Shown here: piece after piece, positions 25,440-37,600 of the stretch
How the letters are laid out: every line of letters starts with the position of its first letter
Numbering within the stretch: the stretch's first letter is position 1
Assembly (NCBI RefSeq): GCF_963921235.1
Contig: NC_086097.1
Span: 56,854,001 to 56,918,000 of the forward strand
Length of the DNA: 64,000 nucleotides
From: Mobula hypostoma
Taxonomy: Eukaryota
Reading direction: 5' to 3'
Notes under the pieces: generated by a model
The model's database searches: none
Seen by the model: only the letters and a program-made list of their open reading frames with translations
What the model was told of the DNA's origin: nothing
Program-made: the position numbers and the translations under genes

Positions 25440-26425
25440 TGTCATAGGGCAGTGGCTGGGAATGGGCCCAAGTGCAAGATACAGACACTGAAGTACTAGG
25501 GACAGGACTAGGATATAGGGTGAGAGCAAGGACATGGACATGAAAACCAGGAACCCGGAACAGGACTGGACAAGAGAGCTAGGAGCCCGGGCTTGGACTC
25601 CGAGCCAGAGACTGGACAAGGACCCAGTACCTGGGTCTTGCCTCTGGCTCGGACCCCAGAACTAGGCAAGGACGAGGCTTGGCTGGCAGGCAGGATGAGG
25701 CTGGAGTCTTAGAGACTTGAGGCGAGGCTTGGCAGGAGGCAGGAGACGAGGCGAGGCTGGAGGCAGGAGGCAGGAGACGAGGCGAGGCTGGAGACTTGTC
25801 CTGGGCAGGGCACGGAACACCGCCCGACAGAGGCAAGGGACAGGAAGGGACAGAACCAACCATAGGTAACGGCAATACGGCCTGACTTACCCGTCAGAGG
25901 CTAGGGACAGGAGGGACAGAACCAACCATAGGTAACGGCAATACGGCCTGACTTACCCGATGGAGGCAAGGAACAGGAAGGGACAGAACCAACCGTAGGT
26001 AACGGCAATACGGCCTGGCTTACCCAACGGAGGCAAGGGACAGGAAGGGACAAAACCAACCGTAGGTAATGGCAAGACAGCCTGACTTACCCGGCAGAGG
26101 CAAGTGACAGGAATGGAGCTAGGTACGGGGTGGCTACAGGACAAGACTGAAGGTGAGACAAGGTGAGAGTTACCATCAAGACCAGGCAAGGCTTCAGGCA
26201 AGGAAACAGAAGGCAGAGCAAGGGATACAAGGAGTAAGGACAAGAACAATCCAGCAACCACACCCTGGTCTCTGGAGGTATTTATGCAGCCAGCCCCAAC
26301 GAGCATCAGCTGCCTCAATTAGAGCTCAACAAGAACAGAAACAGGGTAGACAGGAAAACCTGGAGCAAGTGTCAATGGACCGGACCGTGAACCGGAATAC
26401 GGACTTCACGGACCAGACCATGACA
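25440..26425 (-). mobile_element. Solo LTR (Gypsy-like), 986 bp
   Basis: TGTCAT...ATGACA termini; 5-bp flanks atgag/atgaa; interrupts the collinear Dong-like copy; strand inferred from TATA-like GCATAAATA at 26279-26287. Confidence 0.8.
25828..26095. repeat. Four ~67-bp tandem repeats inside the LTR
   Basis: Unit agaggcaagggacaggaagggacagaaccaaccataggtaacggcaatacggcctgacttacccg; spacing 66, 67, 67. Confidence 0.95.
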
Positions 26426-26703
26426 ATGAAATGGTTAACACAAAAAAACTATCAAAAATACATAATAAAAGACCAACAGATTGAAGATGATAAATGCAAA
26501 AAATGCCAAGGGAACTAGAAACAATCTAACACATTACAGGATCCTGCAGCAGTTTAACTCAATCTGATTACTGACACAACACAATCAAGTGGCAAACATC
26601 ATTCACCAGAATCTTGCTTTAAAATGCAAACTCATAAAAGACACCCTACCTTACTATAAATACACGTCTGATCCAGTTTTAGTATCAGAATTCTAAAAAA
26701 TTT

Positions 26704-27923
26704 AGGGTCTCGCCTCGCCTCGCCTCAAGTCTCCTGCCTCCAGCCTCGCCTCAAGTCTCCTGCCTTCAGCCTCCAGTCTCGCCTGAAGTCTCCTGCCTCC
26801 AGCCTCGCCCCGCCTCAAGTCTCCTGCCTCCAGCCTCACCCCGCCTGAAGTCTCCTGCCTCCAGCCTCAGCTCACCTCAAGTCTCCTGCCTCCAGCCTCA
26901 CCTCAAGTCTCCTGCCTCCAGCCTCACCCCGCCTGAAGTCTCCTGCCTCCAGCCTCAGCTCACCTCAAGTCTCCTGCCTCCAGCCTCACCTGAAGTCTCC
27001 TGCCTCCAGCCTCACCCTGCCTGAAGTCTCCTGCCTCCAGCCTCGCCTCGCCTCAAGTCTCCTGCCTCCAGCCTCGCCTCGCCTCAAGTCTCCTGCCTCC
27101 AGCCGTGCCCCGCCTCAAGTCTCCTGCCTCCAGCCTCGCCCTGCCTCGTCTCCTGCCTCCAGCCTCGCCCTGCCTCGTCTCCTGCCTCCAGCCTCGCCTC
27201 AAGTCTCCTGCCTCCAGCCTCGCCTCAAGCTTCTGCCTCCAACCTCGCCTCAATTCTCCTGCCTCCAGCCTTGCCTCGTCTCCTGCCTTCAGCCTTGTCC
27301 CGCCTCAAGTCTCCTGCCCCCAGCCTCCAGCCTCGCCTCGTCTCCTGCCCCCAGCCTCCAGCCTCGCCTCGTCTCCTGCCTCCAGCCTCGCCCCGCCTCA
27401 AGTCTCCTGCCTCCAGCCTCGCCCCGCCTCAAGTCTCCTGCCTCCAGCTTCGTCCCGCCTCAAGTCTCCTGCCTCCAGCCTCGCCTCAAGCCTCCTGGCC
27501 CCAGCCTCCAGCCTCGCCTCAAGTCTCCTGCCTCCAGCCTCACCCCGCCTCAAGTCTCCTGCCTCCAGCCTCGCCTCGCCTCAAGTCTCCTGCCTCCAGC
27601 CTCGCCTCGCCTCAAGTCTCCTGCCTCCAGCCTCGCCTCGCCTCAATTCTCTAAGACTCCAGCCTCGTCCTGCCTGCCAGCCAAGCCTCGTCCTTGCCTA
27701 GTTCTGGGGTCTGAGCCAGAGGTAAGACCCAGGTATTGGGTCCTTGTCCAGTCTCTGGCTCGGAGTCCAAGCCCAGGCTCCTATCTTTTCTGTCCAGTCC
27801 TGTTCCAGGTTCCTGGTTTTCCTGTCCATGTCCTTGCCATCGTCCTGTACCCTGGTCCTGTCCCTAGTACTTCAGTGTCTGTGTCTTGCACTTGGGTCCC
27901 ATCCCAGCCACCGCCTTATGACA
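26704..27923 (+). mobile_element. Truncated second copy of the same LTR, inverted
   Basis: 27570-27923 is the reverse complement of 25440-25795; ends ccttatgaca. Confidence 0.85.
26706..27650. repeat. C-rich minisatellite, 24/29-bp unit CAAGTCTCCTGCCTCCAGCCTCGCC(TCGCC)T
   Basis: Directly visible; more than 30 variant units. Confidence 0.97.
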
Positions 27924-27994
27924 GGTATACATTATCCCAATAGTAGTATCTCCAACTGGTATCATTCCAAAGTCACTACACAATAGTATTAGTC

Positions 27995-28505
27995 AATGTA
28001 GTCCTGTAGTCAATAATCAGCTCCTTGTTTCGCTGACATTGAGTGGGAGATGGTTGTTGTGGCACCATTCGGCCAGATTTTCAATCTCCCTGCTATATGA
28101 TGATTCATCACCATCTTTGATTCGGCCAACAACAGAAGTGTAGTCAGGAAATTTAAGTATGGCACTGGAGCTGTGACTAACCTCACAGTCACAAATATTA
28201 AGCGAGAGCAGGGGGTTAAGCACACAGCCTTGTGGTGCGCCTGTGCTGATGGAGATTGTGGAGGAGATGTTGTTGACGATCCCTACTGACTGGGGTCTGC
28301 AAGTGAGGAAATCAAAGATCCAGTTGCACAAGAAGGTATTGAGGCCTAGGACTTGAAGCTTACAGATTAGCTTTGAGGGGATGATACTGTTGAATGCTGA
28401 ACTAAGTCAACGAGGAGCATCCTGACGTATGCATTTTACTGTCCAGATCTTCCAGCGCTGAGTGAAAAGCCATTGAAATGGCAGCTGCTGGTGACCTGTT
28501 GTGAC
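27995..28505 (-). mobile_element. Rex1/Babar-like LINE RT fragment
   Basis: [15 protein letters not shown]...[12 protein letters not shown]. Confidence 0.85.
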
Positions 28506-29542
28506 GACAGACACAAGTTAGGATGCTACGTGACTTAAAGAAAAACCCCTATGTAACATTTTCGTGCATCTATATTTCTATCCACCTGCTGCCCGTATCC
28601 TGAGTGATGGAGGTGTCGGTATTTTCAGAATGGCATTACTATCAAGCTGTGCTTAGTATTGGAATTTTGCTCCGAAATACATTTCCCACCCATGGATTAG
28701 CTCTGATTCTTCATCTGAGGAAAGGTAGTAGGTGATAATCAGAGGATATTTCATGGCTCGCGTTTGACCTGACACCATGAAACTTCTTGCGATTAGTGGT
28801 TCATGTTGAGGATCCCAAGGACATTCCTTCCTGCTTGTGTACTTTAGTACCATAGATGTTTGCTTGTCGGGTGAATTGCTATCTTAACTTTGAAGCGTGG
28901 TGGAGACTCAGTTGAACCCTGTGGAAAATTGGCTCCTGGAACTCCTAGAGGTAGGGGGAATGTAGGAGATGGAACAACTCACTGAAAGCCTTCATATTAT
29001 GTATAGTTTATTCGGAAATATTGGCCAGTGTCTGGACTATAGTGGGTTCACACAGGATCTTTTGTCCTTGCCTGTACGATGAAACAGAGTTGGTTTTGCC
29101 AGATTATGCTCCAGACATTTTTTTTGGCAGGGAAGGATTTATGAACCTATATCCTGCAGATCTAAGGTGTGGCGGGGTGGTGGGGAGGGGGGGAATAGAA
29201 ACTGGATTAGAATGATCTGCTGAAAAAGAATGAGTTGAAGCGGCCTTTTAGTGTATTGGTTTGTGATAATACAGTAACAATAGCAAAATCTACAAAGTAT
29301 TAGGAAAACAATCTTTCGAAAATGGGGAAAATCAAATTTATGTTCGGTATTTAGATTTAAAATTCTATTAGTATGTACAAAAATAGTGTAATTTGACGAT
29401 TAATTATTAAACGAACAAACGGCAGTTTGCAAAGAGTAGCAAATTCTTAGATAAGTCAATCAAAAACTATTGTGCAACACACTGAATAGAAATGAGTTGG
29501 CTTCATCCTTCTTAAATTCTTCTGAGCACGAACTTTCCCAGG

Positions 29543-29628
29543 CCTTCGATAGCTCAGCTGGTAGAGCGGAGGACTGTAGGACTTACAGAGATATCCTTAG
29601 GTCGCTGGTTCGATTCCGGCTCGAAGGA
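29543..29628 (+). tRNA. tRNA-Tyr (anticodon GTA) with 13-nt intron at 29580-29592
   Basis: CCTTCGATAGCTCAGCTGGTAGAGCGGAGGACTGTAG + GACTTACAGAGAT + ATCCTTAGGTCGCTGGTTCGATTCCGGCTCGAAGGA; T5 terminator at 29634-29638. Confidence 0.98.
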
Positions 29629-29892
29629 CTTACTTTTTCCTTCCGTGAGAAGCTTAACTATGCTCGTTTTAAACATTTAATTTTTAGTATTTTTTTTCTC
29701 GCAATATTTATTTCATGCTCCATCATTCACACGGGCTAAAGACCACCAGCAATATCCTAGCGGCGACATCGGAACAGCTAAGGACACAAGTTAAAATTCT
29801 GTCCAAATCAGAATCTAAAGATCAGGAAACTAACGTATGCAATGACATCATAGACATCTCATTAGAATAGTGCGTTGAACTCCACATTCAGA

Positions 29893-29965
29893 GCCCGGCT
29901 AGCTCAGTCGGTAGAGCATGGGACTCTTAATCCCAGGGTCGTGGGTTCGAGCCCCACGTTGGGCG
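29893..29965 (+). tRNA. tRNA-Lys (anticodon CTT)
   Basis: Identical to the 20185-20257 copy; T5 terminator at 29972-29976. Confidence 0.98.
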
Positions 29966-31205
29966 CTGTTATTTTTAATATCTTTCATTCTCAGTTTATC
30001 GTCTGTATTTTTAAAATGAGAATAAAGAACATTGATTTACTAATATTTAAATATTATTTTAATTTAAGATTTCCAGTATCTATCGTATTTAGAAATCATA
30101 AAATACTGAAAACAGCTAATTAGTAGGTATTTGTAGAAAGAGTGTAGGGTAACATAATTGGGAGAAATATACATAATTCACAAACACCGCTATTGAGCTG
30201 GGGTTTCGCTTTAGGAGGCTGGTGTCTGACGTGATGACGTTTTACGTAAGAAGTTTCAGCGCGTTTTTGTGTTTAGGTTTTGGAGTTGAATAAAATGTGT
30301 TACCGGTTTCATTAAACATAAAACGCCTCACTTCGTTTTATTTGCGAAAACAGGAGAAACAATTGATATTGCAAACTCTTCTTCATGTTAGTTGTCGGTC
30401 GCAGAAAAAAAAAGAGAGAACTAAGGAAATATCTCTGATACAGGGAAATCAGATGACCTAATGTGATTAAATAACAGTTAAAATAAAATTAAGCCCGTAT
30501 AATATGTCGAAGCTTTCTCATATGGCACCTTTGGGGCCTGATTGGTGCCTCAACACAGAAAGTGCCTCGATCAGCTTCCTCTAAGCGCGAGAACTGTTTT
30601 TAAATTTGTGGGTTAGTTGTGGGACTCAGAGCCTACGTAAATTAAAATGCTGTCAGTCAGCTGAGATTGCAACAGAGCTATACTGTACTAAGATTGGGAA
30701 TGCCTACCATTCCGTGCACAGACCGCATTTCGGGAAATCTGATCACTGGGTTGTCCTCTTACCTGCAATGCAGGCAGACGCTAGGGAACAAGGAACCAGA
30801 GTGTGACGATAAAAAGGTGGTCGCGAGAGGCAGAGGGATGGCTGCGGGATTGCTTCCAGTCGGTGGACTGAGCCGTGTTCAAGGAATCATCTGTGGATCT
30901 GAATGAATACACCACGGTCGTCGCGGACTTTATAAAAGTAGACAAGTGTGTTCCCACAAAATCATTCTGTCTTCACCAACCAGAACCCCTGCGTGTGCCG
31001 TGAGATCGCAATCTGCTGAGGGCAGATCGGAAGCATTCGAGTCTGGTGACTAAGAAGGTTACAAGTGGTCCAGGTACGATCTCCAGAAAGCCATCTTACG
31101 GGGGAAATGGCAATTCCGGGCTGAACTTGAAGGATGCTCAACAGCTGTGACAGGGCTTGAATGCTGTCACCTCCTACAAAGTGAAATCCAGCGACATGGG
31201 TGACA

Positions 31206-31390
31206 CACAAAGCGCTGGAGGAACTCAGCAGGCCAGGTAGCATCTATGGAAAATAGTCGATGTTTCAGGCCGAGACCCTTCATTAGGGCCTGTCGAATGT
31301 TTCATCTTTTCCATAGATGTTGCCTGGCATGCTGGTTTGCATTTTGTGTCTTCCTTTAGATTTCCAGCACCTGCAGATATTCTCGGGTTT
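31206..31390 (+). mobile_element. Penelope-like fold-back with ~15-bp TSD
   Basis: Flanks gcgacatgggtgaca / gtgacataggtgaca. Confidence 0.75.
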
Positions 31391-32905
31391 GTGACATAGG
31401 TGACAAGAAGACAACACTTCCAGATGAGTTCAATGCTCATTTTGACCATCAAAACGCACTCGCACAGCCCGCGATAACCCTGTGATTTCAGTCTCTGATG
31501 CTGATGTGAGAGCATTGCTCAGGAGGGTGAACCCACGGAAAATATCCAGCCCAGATGGAGTACCTGGCCGTTGCAGATCAACTGGCTGAAGTGTTGACCG
31601 AGATGTTTAAGATTTCGCTTCGGCAGTCTCAGGTGCCCACCTACTTCAAACAGGCTTCAATTATACCAATGCCTAAGAAGAACTTGGTAAACTTCCTCAA
31701 TGGCTATCGTCCAGTAGCATTTACACCACAGTGAATGTGTTTTGAGAGGTTGGTGACGTAACATATCAAATCCTCCCTGCAAAGTGACTTGGATCCGCTC
31801 CAAATTGCTTATCGGCACATCAGGTCCACGGCTAGTGCCATTTCATTGGCTCTTCACTCAGCTCTGGAACATCTGGGCAGTAAAGGTGCACACATCAGGA
31901 TGCTCTTTATCGACTACAGCTCGGCAGTCAATACTATTATCCCTTCAAAACTAATCAATAACTCTCAAGACCTTGGCCTCAATACCCCCCTGTCCAATTG
32001 GACCCTCTATTTCCTCACTTGCAGACCCCAGTTATTTCGAATTGGCAACATCTCCTCTACATGTCCATCAGCACAGGTGCACCACAAGACTGTGTGCTTA
32101 GACCGCTGCTCTACTCGCTTTACACGTATGACTGTGGCTAAGTACAGCTTTGATGACATATTTAAGTTTGCCGATGACAGTACTGTCGTTGGCCGAATCG
32201 AAGGTGGTGACCAATCAGCATATAGGAAGGAGACTGGAAATCTGTTTGAGTGGCGCCACAACAACAACCACTTAATGTCAGCAAGACCAAGGTTGTTGAC
32301 TGCAGGAGGAAGAAGCCGTAGGTCCATGAGTCAGTCCTTAGCGGGGATCAGAAGTGGAGAAGGTAAGCAATTTGAAATTCCTTGGTGCTATCTTTTCAGA
32401 AAGCCTGCCCCGGCCCCAGCATGTAAGTGCAATCATGAAGAAAGCATAACAGCACTTCCTTAGAGGTTTGCAAACATTCGGCATGACGTCTACAACTTCA
32501 TCAAATTTCTATAGATGTGCAGTGGCGAGTATATTGACTGGCTGCATCACAGACTGGTATGGAAGCACCAATACAATACTCTTGAACAGAGAATCTTACA
32601 AAAAGCCAAAAAGCAGTGGGTACGGCCCAGTCTGTCATGGGTTAAGCCCTCCCCTCCTTTGAACACATATGCACGTAGCATTGTGGCAGGAAAGCAGAAT
32701 CCATCATTATGGACCCCTACAACCCAGGTCATGCTCTTCTCTTGCTCGCTGCTGTCATCAGGGAGGTCCAGGAGTCTCGGGGCTCACACTACCAGCATTC
32801 AAGAACAGTTATCACCCCTCAACCATCAAGCTCTTGAACCAGAGAGGATAACTTCACTCAACTTCACTTGCCCCCATCGCTGAACTGTCCTCGCAACCTA
32901 TGAAC

Positions 32906-33750
32906 ACAGACACGAGGAAATCTGCAGATGCTGGAAATTCAAGCAAGGCACATCAAAGTTGCTGGTGAACGCAGCAGGCCAGGCAGCATCACTAGGAAGA
33001 GGTACAGTCGACGTTTTGGGCCCAGACCCTTCGTCAGGACTAACTGAAAGAAGAGATAGTAAGAGATTTGAAAGTGGGAGGGGGAGGGAGAGATCCAAAA
33101 TGATAGGAGAAGACAGGAGGGGGAGGGATGGAGCCAAGAGCTGGACAGTTGATTGGCAAAAGGGATATGAGAGAATCATGAGACAGGAGGCCTAGGGAGA
33201 AAGAAAAGGGGGAGGGGGGAAGCCCAGAGGATGAGCAAGGGGTATAGTGAGAGGGGCAGAGGAAGAAAAAGGAGAGAGAGAAAAAGAATGTGTGTATATA
33301 AATAAATAACGGATAGGGTACGAGGGGGAGGTGGGGCATTAGCGGAAGTTTGAGAAGCCAATGTTCATGCCATCAGGTTGGAGGCTACCCAGACGGAATA
33401 CAAGGTGTTGTTCCTCCAACCTGAGTGTGGCTTCATCTTTACAGTAGAGGAGGCCGTGGATAAACATCAGAATGGGAATGGGAGATGGAATTAAAATGTG
33501 TGGCCACTAGGAGATCCTGCTTTCTCTGGCGGACAGAGTGTAGGTGTTCAGCAAAACGGTCTCCCAGTCTGCGTTGGGTCTTGCCAATATATAGGAGGCC
33601 ACATCGGGAGCAACGGACGCAGTATATCACCCCAGCCGACTCACAGGTAAAGTGTCACCTCACCTGGAAGGACTGTCTGGGGCCCTGATTGGTAGTGAGG
33701 GAGGAAGTGTAAGGGCATGTGTAGCACTTGTTGCACTTACAAGGACCTAT
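32906..33750 (-). mobile_element. Penelope-like element 3' part: GIY-YIG endonuclease remnant and pseudo-LTR
   Basis: VIYCVRCSRCGLLYIGKTQRRLGDRFAEH; exact 13-bp TSD gcaacctatgaac (32893-32905, 33751-33763). Confidence 0.92.
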
Positions 33751-34606
33751 GCAACCTATGAACTTAATTTCAAGGACTATTCATCTCATGCCCTTGATAT
33801 ATGCACGACCACAGTTTGAGCCGCTTCAGAGCTGTGTGTCAGACATGTCTAAAAGCAGCGCTGGGGCCCCCCAGGGGACTGTATTGGCTCCCTTTCTGAT
33901 TGCCCTGTACACCTCGGACTTTAGATACAACACTGAGTCATGTCATCTGCAGAAATTCTCTGATGACTCAGCAATAGTTGGGTGTATCAAGGGGGGACGG
34001 GAGGATGAATACAGGGCCCTGGTGGAGGATTTAGTCAAATGGTGCAAGCTGAATCATCTGCAGTGCGGCTCAACAGCGATAAACAAAGGAGATGGTGATG
34101 GACTTTAAGAAGACGTTATTGAGTATGACTTTACTGGTAGGATGCTGGAGTCAATAATCAAAGAGGAAATAGATGATCATTTAGGAGATCCTAACACAAT
34201 TACACCTCATCAACATGGTTTTGTTAGGTAAGTCATATTTGGCATAGTTGCTCAAATTCTTTGAGGATGTAACAAGAGGTCTAACACTTGCAGTGCATTT
34301 AGATTTTCAAACGGCATTTGTCAATGTACTACTATTAAGCTGGTGCATAAGTTAAAAGCCCATTAGAAGAAGTTTGTTCGTACGGACTGAAAGTTAGCGG
34401 TTTGAAAGAAAACAGAATTGGGATAAATTGTCTTTTTCAGACAGGAAGTAAGCAAGTAGTAGAGTACTGTAGCAATCAGTTTTTGGCTCACAGTTGTTCA
34501 CTATTTACCTGGAGGAAGGAAAAGTATGTACATTTTCCAAATTTGCAATGATACAAAAATCAGTGAAAGGGCATGTTGTGACAAGGGTACTATGATTCTG
34601 CAGTGG

Positions 34607-37600
34607 GACTCAATGGCACCTTTATTAGGTAACCGCTACACCTACTCATTAATGCAAATATCTAATCAGTCAATCATGTGGAGGCAACTCAGTGCATTAA
34701 AACCTGTAGACATGGTCAAGGGGGTCAGTTGAAAGGGGTCCTTCCTGTTTAGAGTTGGCTTGATGTGTGCTGGTTGGTGGTGTTGGACTGTGAGTGGTGT
34801 GGGGATGTTGGAAATAGTGTAGGTTCAGGTAAAGGGAGGATCTGGAAAATGAACTGGAAATGGGGTGTTTGGGAGAGTGTGGAATGATGTTGAATCTAGG
34901 TCTGGAAAAAGATACATAATATTGGAATGATTTCTAGTGATGGAGGGGAAGGGTGGGAGTTTTTGGAGTGATTGCAGAAGAATTTTTATATATTTCTCAT
35001 CTTGTGTCTTAATGATGGGAGGGAGGGGTACATGATTTAATGTTCATAGTGGTTCTGAAACTGCCGTAGATTTAACTTTAGTTTCAAACATACTGGCTGG
35101 AGTGAGTATGTGGGATATTATGGGTGATGAAACATTTGGGGAGTGATCATTTCCCTACATTTATAAGTTTGGGTTTGGATTTATATAGGTGCAGGAGGCC
35201 AGTTTTAGGAGGTGGAATTTTGGTAAAATAAATTGGGAGAAGTTTAAGGTTTTATGTGAAGAATGTCTCTCGGGGCTGAATGTTGAGGATGATGTAGATT
35301 TTTGTAATGAAAGGTTATGTCACATTATTCATCAAACTGATTTCTATTAAAAACAGCATAATAGGTGAAAGGCTGCACTATGGTGGACTGAGGAGTGTGC
35401 AGAGGCAATTAGGAGTGAAATGAGGCATTTAGGAAAGTTAAGAATTATTAATCTCCAAGTGATTCTAAGTATAAAAGTGCACTGGCTGCAGTGAGGAGAG
35501 TGACAAAGGTTTACTGGAGGTCATATCATGATAATGTTGGAAGGGATATTAAACTTGGTGATGTTTGGGGAACGATTAAGAAAATGGGTGGGATTCATCA
35601 GGATAATAATATTCCAGTATTGACTGATGAAGGTAAAATGATTGGTAATGGCATAGGGAAGGTTGTGTTACTGGCTAGGTCATTTGCTGCAATTCATAAT
35701 CAAGATAATTTAAGTGCAGAAGTAGAGATAAGATTCTAAGTGAATACCTGATGTGCTGGAAGCCAGCTGTAGCAATAATAGTATTACTGATGAGTTCTCT
35801 TTGTATGAATTTAAAAAGGCTATTATTAATGCAGGTCAGATGTCTCTGGGAAAGGATGATATATGTTATTGTATGATTAGACATGTGATTGACAACTCTC
35901 TTGAGATATTAAAATTTTTGAATCTTATTTGAAAGTTAGGCCATCTTCGTTCCTCATGGAAAATGGCAGTAGTAGTGCCTCGTCTAAAACCTGGGAAACT
36001 CCCATTGGATCCCTCAAGTTATAGGCCTTTTATCATTAATGTTTCATTCATGTAAACTTATGGAATGTTTGGTAATAGAACTTTTGAATTATATTTTGGA
36101 AAAGAGGGGTGATATAGCATTTTATCAGCGCGGATTTCAGAAGGGTAGAATGCCATTTGATTCAGTTTTATGTTTGGAAGATGATATTAGGAAAGCACAG
36201 GCAAATAAAGAAATTGTAACTGCAGAGCTTTTTGATATTGAAAAGACGTGAGATATTGTGGAAGGAAGGATGTTTGATTAAATTATGGAAATTAGGAGTG
36301 AGGGGAATTGTATATCTTTTCTGTGTTTTTTTATTTGGACCGATCTATGTAGGTAAGGGTAGGCAAGGTATACTTGGGTTTCTATGAGATAAAGAATAGG
36401 TTACCATAAGGCAGCATTATCTAATATCATGATTAATGATATTTTCTCTCAGGTAGGTCCTGAGGTCAGTAAGTCACTATATGCAGATGATGAAGCTTTA
36501 TGGATTAGAGGTACAAATTTCCATTTTACTATATAGGGTGCAATTAGTGATTAGCAAGGTTGAACAGTGGGATTTAAGATTTCAGTAGCTAAAACTCAAG
36601 TTTTGTGTTTTACAAAGAGGATTAATAGACTTGCGCTTGATTTTAAATTATATGGTCAATCTCCTTAAGTGTCAGTGGTACAATTTCTATCATCGGACTA
36701 GATATGTCCAAGCATCATCCCCGAAGAAGATGGCAGAGATTGTCATCAAAATGTCAGTTATAATCCATACCTGTACCTGGCTGGAAGCCTGAGAAGAGTT
36801 TATCAAATGATCATTTTGTTTAGTTTTGGGTGGCTAGGTTCTTATCATGCTAGGAATATGGGCTTGTTGGATCATGCAATATGTCCCACTGTAGTTTCTC
36901 GGTAACCCGTCTTGTTTTTTCCAATGACCTTAGTTGATTTTAGGTTACACAATTTAATAAAATCTAAGGATTCTGTTATGCCTGAATCTGTTGGTTCTTC
37001 AATATATTAAGGAAAATCATATTGTTAACCATTTTTACAGAGGGATCAAAAGATAATTTAACTGGGAATGTAGGTGTGGCTGTTTTTTAGCTTGAATTAC
37101 AGGTAACAATAAAGAAACTACTTACCAACCATATATCAGTATAAACAGCTGAATTGGTTACCATCACTTTGGGCTTATAGTGGATGGAGGAAATTTGTCC
37201 TTACAAAGTTGCAACTTCTTCAGATTCCTTTTCAGTTTTGATGAGTCTTAGAACAGGTCGTTCTAGCAATAGGTCAGATTTACTGTTGGAAGCTCATCAA
37301 ACATTATTTCATATTCAAAGTATTAGTTTACATGTTTGCTTCTTGTGGATCCCTGCACATAGAGCCGTTGAGGGGAATGAGCGGGTTGATTATTTAGCTA
37401 AAAAAGCTGTTTAAAAACTCAACAGTAGACATAGTCCTTCCTCTTGGCAAATCAGAAGCTAAGGGGTCGGTGTGGCTAAGAAAAAGGGGGTTGTAGCAAT
37501 ACATGTGGGGTAGTGGGCATAAGGGGAGATCCCTTTATAGAATACACAAAACTGCTGGGTTGATGGGAAAAGGGGGTAAAACAAGAAGGGAAGGAATTAT

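Larger units (their letters stand above)
25090..27990 (+). mobile_element. Further R4/Dong-like fragments: minus-strand piece 25090-25195 and a plus-strand copy split into 25200-25439, 26426-26703 and 27924-27990
   Basis: Direct and reverse-complement matches to 21040-21830; ETIQHITGSCSSLTQ knuckle motif. Confidence 0.8.
30680..33800 (+). mobile_element. Long Rex1/Babar-like LINE, decayed, with Penelope insertions at 31206-31390 and 32906-33750
   Basis: GKSDH endonuclease end; [23 protein letters not shown]. Confidence 0.88.

Noticed and set aside
25828-26095. CRISPR-like array
   Set aside because: Head-to-tail repeats without unique spacers, inside a eukaryotic LTR, with no cas genes.
27053-27701. 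Pro/Ala/Ser-rich ORFs up to 198 aa
   Set aside because: Translations of the stop-poor minisatellite; no splice or domain support.
20185-29965. Recent large inverted duplication explaining the two Lys tRNAs
   Set aside because: The sequences flanking the two tRNAs do not align; only transposon fragments are mirrored.
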